From NCBI GenBank assembly GCA_016839585.1, contig JAEOTZ010000018.1, positions 32,001 to 96,000 on the forward strand: a DNA stretch of 64,000 nt, given 5' to 3'. Shown in pieces: positions 10,601 to 18,300 of the stretch (positions are counted from its first letter, which is position 1; every line of letters begins with the position of its first letter). The position numbers and the translations under genes are program-made. A model generated the notes under the pieces. The model did no database searches. It saw only the letters and a program-made list of their open reading frames with translations, and had not been told where the DNA came from. Origin of the DNA: Promethearchaeota archaeon (GTDB lineage Archaea; Asgardarchaeota; Lokiarchaeia; Sigyniarchaeales; SOKP01).

Positions 10601-11638
10601 GTGGCTAAAAGAATATCGATCAATGGATTCGGAAGGATTGGGCGCAATTTTTTTCGCGCGTTATCGGAAAAATATCCCAATGATATCGAAGTTGTTTCCA
10701 TTAATGATTTGTTTGAACCCAAATATCTAGCTTATGTCTTAAAATACGATACAGTATTTGGAAGATTTCAGGGTACTGTCGAGTCTAATGAAAATGCGTT
10801 AGTTGTGAATGGGAAAGAAATTCCAATCACAGCTGAGAGAGATCCAGCAAATTTACCACATTCGAGTAATAATATTGATGTAGCAGTAGAATGTACTGGA
10901 TTCTTTACTAAAAGAGAAGGTGCCGCAAAGCATTTAGAAGCAGGGGCTAAACGAGTCCTTATCAGTGCACCTGCCGTTAATCCAGACTTTACTGTCGTTA
11001 TCGGGTGTAATGATGATAAATTAACTAATGAGCATAAAATTATCAGTATGGCGAGCTGTACTACTAATTGTTTAGGTCCTGTAGTAAAAGTGTTAAATGA
11101 CAATTATAAAATACAAAGCGGTATTATGACCACAATTCACTCATACACCGGTGATCAGAGAACTGTGGATACCGCACGAGCAGGAGATCCTGTAAAGATG
11201 ATTAGAGGAAGAGGCGCCGCTGCAAATATTTTACCAACAAGTACTGGAGCGGCAAAAGCAATTGGTGTAGTCTTTCCAGAGTTGAACGGTAAGCTAGATG
11301 GTATAGCAATGCGTGTCCCAACACCAGATGGATCAGTAGTAGATTTAAAATGTAATGTAGAAAAAAGAGCGACAGCAACAGATATTAATAATAAAATGAA
11401 AGAATATGCAAATGGACAATTAAAAGGAATTTTAGAATATACTGACGATGCGATTGTAAGTAGCGATATAATAGGAAATCCAGCGAGTTCTATTTTCTCT
11501 TCACTATGGACAAAAGTTATAGGGAGTATGGTTGGCGTAGTCTCGTGGTAATCTTGCTACAATTAGTAAAAAGACCATATTGATAATGAATGGGGCTTCT
11601 CGAACCGTATGGCTGATTTGATCGTTCAAAAATTATAG
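10601..11638 (+). CDS. gap: Class I (bacterial/eukaryote-type) glyceraldehyde-3-phosphate dehydrogenase, predicted spliced CDS join(10601..11550,11581..11638), 335 aa
   Basis: NGFGRIGR, ASCTTNCL catalytic motif, TGAAKA, RVPT. The ORF stops at VVSW*, but the missing C-terminus DNEWGFSNRMADLIVQKL* is encoded in the same frame at 11582-11638. Confidence 0.93.
11551..11580 (+). other. Predicted 30-nt bulge-helix-bulge (archaeal tRNA-type) intron in gap mRNA
   Basis: Central 4-bp helix GUGG(11545-48)/CCAU(11575-78); 3-nt bulges UAA(11549-51) and AUU(11579-81); intron helix UCUU/AAGA capped by GCUA-caau-UAGU; exon pairs UC/GA. Cutting after the second nt of each bulge gives TGG TA|T GAT AAT GAA TGG = WYDNEW. 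Confidence 0.88.
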
Positions 11639-11835
11639 ATGATTAATTACTAAATTCTCTTATTTTTTTATTTTTTTATCGTTTAATTTTCTTTCTAAAA
11701 TTCAATTGATAAATAAACCAATTTCCAAATTCTTCATCTAATTCAAAATTGTACTTTCTAATTGAGAAAAAGAAAAATTCTTTGTTTATTCCCATAAAAT
11801 ATATTTAATTGAAAGGACATTAGAATTATTATAAA

Positions 11836-12255
11836 ATGAATGTTGAAAAAATAAAGAAAGTATTAACAGAAATTTTATTAGAAAATAAGGAGATTATCGC
11901 ATCCTATCTTTATGGTTCTGTATTATACAGTGATTTATATGAAGATATTGATGTTGGATTATTAATTAGCGATATTTTTAAACCGAAACTAATGTATGAA
12001 GCAAAAATAGCTGGAAAATTAGAAAAAAAGCTTAGAGATACTTTTGGGGAGATTAAACCAGTAGATGTTAGAATTTTAAATGACAAACCTTTAAGATTTC
12101 TTTTTTCAATGCTTAAAAATTCTAAAATTATTTGCTCGAGTGATGAGACCAAAAGAATTAAATTTGAAGCAGAAGTTATGAAAGAATATTTAGATATTAA
12201 GCCACATTTCGAAATTTATGATAAGATGAGAGAGTTAAGATATGCAAATAGATAG
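11836..12255 (+). CDS. Minimal nucleotidyltransferase (MNT/MntA-type antitoxin)
   Basis: YLYGS...DIDVG, VDVRILN; overlaps the downstream HEPN gene. Confidence 0.88.
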   Translation: MNVEKIKKVLTEILLENKEIIASYLYGSVLYSDLYEDIDVGLLISDIFKPKLMYEAKIAGKLEKKLRDTFGEIKPVDVRILNDKPLRFLFSMLKNSKIICSSDETKRIKFEAEVMKEYLDIKPHFEIYDKMRELRYANR

Positions 12256-12664
12256 AGAATTAATTCATGGAAAAATAGATATTATTGAACGAAATATTAC
12301 CTTTTTAAATACATATAAAGAAAAGAGTGAAGTTGAAATTTTAAGTAGCTATAAAGATGTTCAAGCTATTAAATATTCACTATTTGAAATAATTGAAGCT
12401 TGCATTGATATTGCGTCGCATATAATTTCTGGTAAAGGCCTTCAAAGAGCCGAAAGTTATGCTGAAATGTTTGAGATTCTTGGAAAAAATGATATTTTAA
12501 AAACTCAATTGAGTAAAGAATTATCCAATATGGCAAGATTCAGAAATGTCCTTGTTCATGGATATGCTAAAATTGATAATTCTAAGATTCTTGTTTTTAC
12601 AAAAGAAAAACTAATAGATGTGGAAAATTTTATTAAAGCAATAATAGAATTAATAAAAGAATAA
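12242..12664 (+). CDS. HEPN/DUF86 RNase toxin (HepT-like)
   Basis: RFRNVLVHGY (Rx4H-Y motif); paired with MNT. Confidence 0.88.
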   Translation: MQIDRELIHGKIDIIERNITFLNTYKEKSEVEILSSYKDVQAIKYSLFEIIEACIDIASHIISGKGLQRAESYAEMFEILGKNDILKTQLSKELSNMARFRNVLVHGYAKIDNSKILVFTKEKLIDVENFIKAIIELIKE

Positions 12665-12697
12665 TCTTTTTAAAGTTCTTTAAATAATAAAATAACC

Positions 12698-13627
12698 ATG
12701 GATCTTAGCACGGGAAAACCAATTGAAATAACTCACAAAACACTATTTGATGAGTACTTTCAAAAATATCCACCAGAAATTTCTGAATTTACATTTACAA
12801 ACCTCTTCATGTGGAGGAATTATTATAATTTCTTACTCATGGAGTTTAAGGAGCACCTAATCTTATTTTCTAATGATTATCTGAAAAATAGGAAAAATCC
12901 AATTAATGCAGGCTCTAGCGATTATATTTACTTCTTTCCTCCAATCGGTCCACATCCAGATGAAATCATTATTAAATTATTTGAGGATATTAGTAATATA
13001 GAAATTCATAGAATTCCAGAAGAAATATGCGAAAAAGTAACTCAAAATGAGAAATATAATAAATTAAATCTAGATTATCTTGAAGATCGGAATAATTGGG
13101 ATTATATTTATAACAAAGAAGAGATTTCTAATTTAGCGGGAAATAAGTTCAGACAAAATAGAAGATGGCTACAAAAATTCCTTAACAATTATGATTATGA
13201 TTTCCAATTGATAACAGGAAATCTTATTGAGAAATGTAAAGAACTACAATTGGAATGGTGTGTAATGAGAGCTTGCACTGAAGATGAAAGTTTAGAAGCA
13301 GAACAAGAAGCAATATATGAAGCACTAAACAATTTTAATACGTTAGGTTATATTGGGGCAATACTTTGTGTGGAAGATAAATGTGCTGCTTATACATTTG
13401 GTGAAATGTTAAATGAAAGAACTTTAGTAATTCACATTGAGAAAGCCCATATGGAATACGATGGTGCCTATCAAGCAATCAATAATTTATTTTTAAAAAA
13501 TTGCTGTGTAGATGCGGTTTATGTTAATAGAGAACAAGATTTGGGAATAGAAGGGTTAAGAAGAGCAAAAGAATCTTATAAACCTACTTATATGGTAAAA
13601 AAAAGCATAATTTACCGAAAAGACTAA
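12698..13627 (+). CDS. DUF2156 family protein (aminoacyl-tRNA-dependent transferase/LPG synthase C-terminal-like)
   Basis: SEFTFTNLFMW, DYIY, IHIEKA, YVNREQDLGIEGLRRAKESYKP. Confidence 0.85.
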   Translation: MDLSTGKPIEITHKTLFDEYFQKYPPEISEFTFTNLFMWRNYYNFLLMEFKEHLILFSNDYLKNRKNPINAGSSDYIYFFPPIGPHPDEIIIKLFEDISNIEIHRIPEEICEKVTQNEKYNKLNLDYLEDRNNWDYIYNKEEISNLAGNKFRQNRRWLQKFLNNYDYDFQLITGNLIEKCKELQLEWCVMRACTEDESLEAEQEAIYEALNNFNTLGYIGAILCVEDKCAAYTFGEMLNERTLVIHIEKAHMEYDGAYQAINNLFLKNCCVDAVYVNREQDLGIEGLRRAKESYKPTYMVKKSIIYRKD

Positions 13628-13753
13628 ACAAAATCAGATTAAAATTTCTCAAAAAGAAGAAAAATCGCTTAGATTTAAATTCTTAAAATTTCTAGTATCA
13701 ATATAACTTATATATTTTTTAATTTCCGATGATTCTAGAACATTAAGTTTTGT

Positions 13754-15421
13754 GTGATTATTATGGCAGATGAAGATTTAAAAGAAGAAAAACCCGTAGG
13801 AAGACTGACTGGTAAAACGACAACACATACCGTTACAGTGGTATTTGAAGGTCCTTCAGTTGAAAGGAATAATTATTTAGTTGTTTATGGTCAAAAAGAT
13901 GAAGGAGGGAGCAAGCCATATTATGTACTTTACATTACCGACATGTGGACTGATGAGAAGGGACGTATGGCAAAATTACAAGTATTAGGAGACAGACCAA
14001 CAAAACCTTTTGAAATTGGCTCAGATATCTTCATGGCTAAAGAGGAACAAATTTCAAAAATTTTAGGAATCTTTAATCCACCAGAAGAATCTCTCTCTTT
14101 GGGAAAGCTTATCGGTTATCCTTATGAAGTTTATTTATTAATAAAGAACTTTGGCAGAATCTTTATTACCGGAAAATCTGGTTCGGGGAAATCGTACAGT
14201 ATGGGCGTTCTAATAGAAGAGTTTCTTAAGAAGGGAATTCCTGTTGTAATATTAGATAGACATGGAGAATATGGTAGCTTAAAGGTTGCTGCTGAAGATG
14301 CTGGAGAAGGTGAAAGCGAATTTGTAGATAGCATAATTGAATTTTCTGATTTAAAGAAAAATAAGGGTGGAGATATTGATATAGAATACTTATTCTCATT
14401 AAAACCAACTGATATTGTAGCACCTAATCTTTGTACTGTAGTGAATTTGAATGGTTTAGCTTTAGAAGTTCAAGAGTCTATAGCAGGTAAACTATTAAAA
14501 AAGTTATATGAAGCAAGTACAACAAGAAGTATTCCTCCGTTCTACTTGTTTTTGGATGAAGCTCACTTATTTGCTGGAAAAAAGCAGACAGAAACCTGTG
14601 AAGTTGTTAAATTATTTGCCCAAGAGGGAAGAAAATTTGGAGCTAATATTATTATAGGAACACAACGTCCACAATTATTAGACACTACAATAAGAGCTCA
14701 AGCGGGAACTTGGGTTGTTCACAATCTTTCTGATATAAGAGACATTGGAATTACAATCTCAAGTGCTGAAGATTTAAGTAATGACAATAAATCAGATATT
14801 TCCGGTTTGGATAAAGGACAAGCTATTATCTGCGGGGAAGCAGTTAAAGGTATCCCCCTCTTTGTTAAGATAAGAAAAAGACGTACAAGACATGGAGGTG
14901 TAAGCTTTAATCCTCTAGACTTCCTTTCAGGTCAAACTGTAGAGGAATTGCAGAAAAGGAAGCAGAGACTTTTAGGAGGAAAGTCAGCAGATGAATTAGA
15001 AACAGGAAAATCAATTTATCAAGAGATGATGGAACCTAAAACTTCAGCAGATTATTTAGAAGAGATTGCTGAATTAAAAGTTAGAATAAGAGAATTAGAG
15101 GATGAAGTATCTAGATTAAAACAAAAGGTAGCTGATGTAAAAGAAGGAAAGGAACTACCACTCGAAGCAACCGATGATGTAATACAAGAATTACAAACAG
15201 AAATAGATGTATGGAAAGAGAAATATAATTATCTAAAGGAAATGGCAGAGAAAGGAGAAGGGGAAATTCTTCAATTAACAGAAGATAGTGGAGCACTGTT
15301 AGATTTAAATAATAATATCATTGAATTAGAAGCTCAAGTTAAAAAATTTAAATCACGATACGACGATGCTTTAATCTTGGCAGAGAAATCAATAGCAGAA
15401 TTGAAAAAGAGAAAAAAATAA
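13754..15421 (+). CDS. HerA/DUF87-family ATPase with N-terminal HAS-barrel-like domain and C-terminal coiled coil
   Basis: GKSGSGKS Walker A, LDRHGEY, FLDEAH Walker B, EGRKFG, TQRP; heptad-rich C-terminal ~140 aa. Start may be the ATG at 13763. Confidence 0.85.
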   Translation: MIIMADEDLKEEKPVGRLTGKTTTHTVTVVFEGPSVERNNYLVVYGQKDEGGSKPYYVLYITDMWTDEKGRMAKLQVLGDRPTKPFEIGSDIFMAKEEQISKILGIFNPPEESLSLGKLIGYPYEVYLLIKNFGRIFITGKSGSGKSYSMGVLIEEFLKKGIPVVILDRHGEYGSLKVAAEDAGEGESEFVDSIIEFSDLKKNKGGDIDIEYLFSLKPTDIVAPNLCTVVNLNGLALEVQESIAGKLLKKLYEASTTRSIPPFYLFLDEAHLFAGKKQTETCEVVKLFAQEGRKFGANIIIGTQRPQLLDTTIRAQAGTWVVHNLSDIRDIGITISSAEDLSNDNKSDISGLDKGQAIICGEAVKGIPLFVKIRKRRTRHGGVSFNPLDFLSGQTVEELQKRKQRLLGGKSADELETGKSIYQEMMEPKTSADYLEEIAELKVRIRELEDEVSRLKQKVADVKEGKELPLEATDDVIQELQTEIDVWKEKYNYLKEMAEKGEGEILQLTEDSGALLDLNNNIIELEAQVKKFKSRYDDALILAEKSIAELKKRKK

Positions 15422-15550
15422 ATAGTACTTGAGAAGATCCTCATAATTTAATTTTTTTTAAAAATTTTTTACCTATTTCTAAAATTTGATTAATTAGTTT
15501 TAATTATCTCAAATTATTTAAGTTCTTAATAAACTCAATTTCTTTTAATC

Positions 15551-16639
15551 ATGAAGAGTGAAATATTAAATATTGAAAGTATTAAAGCCTTACAGCGAAA
15601 ATTATCCTCCTTCTTTGGTGTTTCGGGATTTGAAGAAGATGTAAGTAGCTTTATCCTTAGTGAAATTGAGAGTAAAGGATTAGCTGATAAAGCTTGGATT
15701 GATCCATTAGGGAATGTTCTTGCCGTAAAAAAAGGAAATGATGGTCAGAAAAAAATCTTGTTAGATGCTCATACTGATGAAATAGGGTTCATGGTTTCTC
15801 ATATTGAAAAAACTGGTTTCCTAAGATTTGTTCCAATCGGTAGCTGGGATATTAGAATATTATTAGGACAAACAGTTATCATAAGATCTGAATCTGGAAA
15901 AGTTATTCACGGAATCATTGGTTCTAAACCTCCACATCTTACTTCAGTAAATGAACGAAAAAAGATTGTAGAAATTAATAATTTGTATATTGATATAGGA
16001 ATGGGCTCCAAAGATGAGGTATTAAATGGTAATATTAATATTGGTACTGTAGGTACCCTTTATTCTCCCTTTGAAGAATTTCCAAATAATATGGTTCGAG
16101 GAAAAGCATTTGACGATAGAACGGGGTGTAATGTACTTCTACATATAATGATGCTATTAAAAGAGAAATCTGAAATTAAAATTAAAGATACTATACTATT
16201 TAATTTTGCTGTACAAGAAGAAAGAGGAAGAGTTGGAGCTATAACAGGCGCTTTTAATCTTAATCCAACCATGGGACTTGCGATTGAAAATACTACGGCG
16301 GCAGATGTGCCTGGTATCAAAGAATCTGAAATCCCTGTATACATCGGAAAAGGTCCAGCCATTACAGTTGCTGATAAATCAATTATCTCAAGTCCTAAGG
16401 TAAATCGAAGGCTTATTAAAAATGCTGAGCATGAAAAAATTCCATTCCAAATAAAAAAACCGATGTATGGTTATACTGACGCTGGAAGAATTCAAGTTAC
16501 TCGGGAAGGTGTACCAAGTTCAGTAGTTTCTGTACCTTGTCGATATATTCATTCACCTACTTCCTTATTAAAGCTTGAAGATATATATGAAACAATTCGG
16601 TTGATTGATGTATTTATAAGAAACCCAGTGAATTTTTAA
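15551..16639 (+). CDS. M42 family (TET) aminopeptidase
   Basis: DAHTDEIG, GKAFDDR, VQEE, RYIHSP. Confidence 0.92.
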   Translation: MKSEILNIESIKALQRKLSSFFGVSGFEEDVSSFILSEIESKGLADKAWIDPLGNVLAVKKGNDGQKKILLDAHTDEIGFMVSHIEKTGFLRFVPIGSWDIRILLGQTVIIRSESGKVIHGIIGSKPPHLTSVNERKKIVEINNLYIDIGMGSKDEVLNGNINIGTVGTLYSPFEEFPNNMVRGKAFDDRTGCNVLLHIMMLLKEKSEIKIKDTILFNFAVQEERGRVGAITGAFNLNPTMGLAIENTTAADVPGIKESEIPVYIGKGPAITVADKSIISSPKVNRRLIKNAEHEKIPFQIKKPMYGYTDAGRIQVTREGVPSSVVSVPCRYIHSPTSLLKLEDIYETIRLIDVFIRNPVNF

Positions 16640-16697
16640 CTATTAAAAAAGGTTTAAGAGAAATAAATAGATAAAATGCAATTTCATTCTTCAAATT

Positions 16698-17972
16698 TTA
16701 CTTGTAGAGATCTTTTTCTAAAGAATAAGTTATTAAGATGAACATTCCTGAAATTCCAAATAATACAACTGAAGTTAATATTAGAAATTCCATTACTACA
16801 AAAGAATAGAGTAAATAGCTTATTGGAACAAATATAATTTTAGCCAAAGAGGTATAGGTCTGAAGAAATTGAAATTTACATGTTTTATACTTTTCATTTT
16901 TAGAAATATCAGTAATAAAAGAAGTATATGAGAAAATAGCCAAGCTTGCTGTAAAAGAAAGCCCAAAATTTATAATCAAAATCAACATGAAATTTGAAAC
17001 TGCTAAGGAGCCCATCAAAAGCATATATGAAATTATACCAATAAACATCAATTTTCTCTTATCATACTCCTTTCCATTATTACCTTTTTTAAGATCTAAT
17101 TTATAGGCAATAATATTGCCTAAAAGTTGCCCTATTGGAAAAATCAATAATAAAAAACTATATACTCTAAATGATGATTCTCCAAATTTATTTAAAATCC
17201 ATGAACTAAAAAGATAAAGGAATAATAAATCGGAACTTCCAAGAAAAAATGCAATATATATAATTAACATAATAGGATTTTTATTATTCAGAGAATTACT
17301 TTTACTAGATTCTTTTATACTAGAAGTAGGGGAGAGTAGTTGTATTTTACTATTTAAAGCAACACTTATTATAATAAAGATAATCATTACTGAAAAACAA
17401 AGAAAAAAGAAAATATGCCATAACGTCAACAATGATATTTTAACTATAATAACTTGAAAAAGTATTGATGTCGTTAGATAAGCTATAATTGTAGTGATTC
17501 TGAGAATTAGGATAATAGTTTGTTTAACAGAGGGAAATTCTTGAGAAATTCGTAAATAAAGATTACTCATTATTGTTCTGATTAAGAAAATTGAAAAAAG
17601 TGAAAGAAAAGTAAATAATCCGAATAAATATAGTGATTCCTTATAAAAAATAAATATTAAAATACTTCCACACAAAATTAGACAACAAATATAGAATAAA
17701 AGTTTACTTTGAACTTCCTTTTTAAAATATCTATCATAAAAATAGCCAAATAAAGGAGACATGAATAAGGGTAAGTATGGGAATATTTGTACTAAAGCTA
17801 ATTCTTTAGGATCTACTTTTAAAACATCTAAATAAAATAAAGGGATAAAATAGAGAAAAATTACTTGAAACATGGTAATAACGAAATATATCAGAAAGAA
17901 GCTGAGATAGATTTTGCTTTTATGGAAATTCATACTTATTCCTTTCCCATTATTATTAATTTTAATTTTCAA
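16698..17972 (-). CDS. MFS-type membrane transporter (divergent)
   Basis: About 12 hydrophobic segments, GYFYDRY motif-A-like loop; AGGAG SD before the TTG start. Confidence 0.7.
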   Translation of the reverse strand: MKIKINNNGKGISMNFHKSKIYLSFFLIYFVITMFQVIFLYFIPLFYLDVLKVDPKELALVQIFPYLPLFMSPLFGYFYDRYFKKEVQSKLLFYICCLILCGSILIFIFYKESLYLFGLFTFLSLFSIFLIRTIMSNLYLRISQEFPSVKQTIILILRITTIIAYLTTSILFQVIIVKISLLTLWHIFFFLCFSVMIIFIIISVALNSKIQLLSPTSSIKESSKSNSLNNKNPIMLIIYIAFFLGSSDLLFLYLFSSWILNKFGESSFRVYSFLLLIFPIGQLLGNIIAYKLDLKKGNNGKEYDKRKLMFIGIISYMLLMGSLAVSNFMLILIINFGLSFTASLAIFSYTSFITDISKNEKYKTCKFQFLQTYTSLAKIIFVPISYLLYSFVVMEFLILTSVVLFGISGMFILITYSLEKDLYK

Positions 17973-18060
17973 ATACTCCTTTTAAAGTCCAATTTTTATT
18001 CAGAATTGGATATTGCTTTATATTAAAGAGAATTATAAACGGTATTATAAAATATAAAAT

Positions 18061-18084
18061 GTAAAATTCGAAAACGAATTTTAC
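18061..18084 (-). terminator. Perfect 10-bp hairpin followed (on - strand) by a U-rich tract
   Basis: GTAAAATTCG-AAAA-CGAATTTTAC; the - strand continues ATTTTATATTTT. Confidence 0.5.
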
Positions 18085-18091
18085 GGTCAAT

Positions 18092-18121
18092 TTAGGGAAC
18101 TGTCTCTCCACCAAAATACAT
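18092..18121 (-). CDS. Candidate 9-aa small ORF MYFGGETVP
   Basis: ATG TAT TTT GGT GGA GAG ACA GTT CCC TAA, 9 nt downstream of GGGGAGGAGG. Confidence 0.3.
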   Translation of the reverse strand: MYFGGETVP

Positions 18122-18300
18122 TATAATAAACCTCCTCCCCGTTAACCAATACGTAGATAACCTTATCTACAATAACATATTTCTAGATTTATTTTTAAAG
18201 TAAACGAAAAAAAGAAAAATAACTAAGGAAAAGGTGCCTTAGGCAAAATATGTTTTTATATAAATGTAAAAAAAGAAAAAATGGATTAGGATATACTTAT

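Noticed and set aside
10601-11551. gap as a truncated pseudogene, or stop read-through (Sec/Pyl)
   Set aside because: Three in-frame stops (two TAA, one TAG) exclude read-through. The downstream exon is intact, and the insert forms an exact BHB that restores WYDNE.
11551-11580. Spliceosomal, group I/II intron or IS footprint
   Set aside because: No GT...AG ends at frame-restoring boundaries, far too short for a self-splicing intron, and no target-site duplication.
11546-11584. Alternative BHB register (helix UGGU/ACCA, bulges AAU and UAU)
   Set aside because: Canonical cleavage would excise 28 nt and leave TGG TAA, a stop plus frameshift. Only the GUGG/CCAU register yields a functional protein, although the alternative fold could compete.
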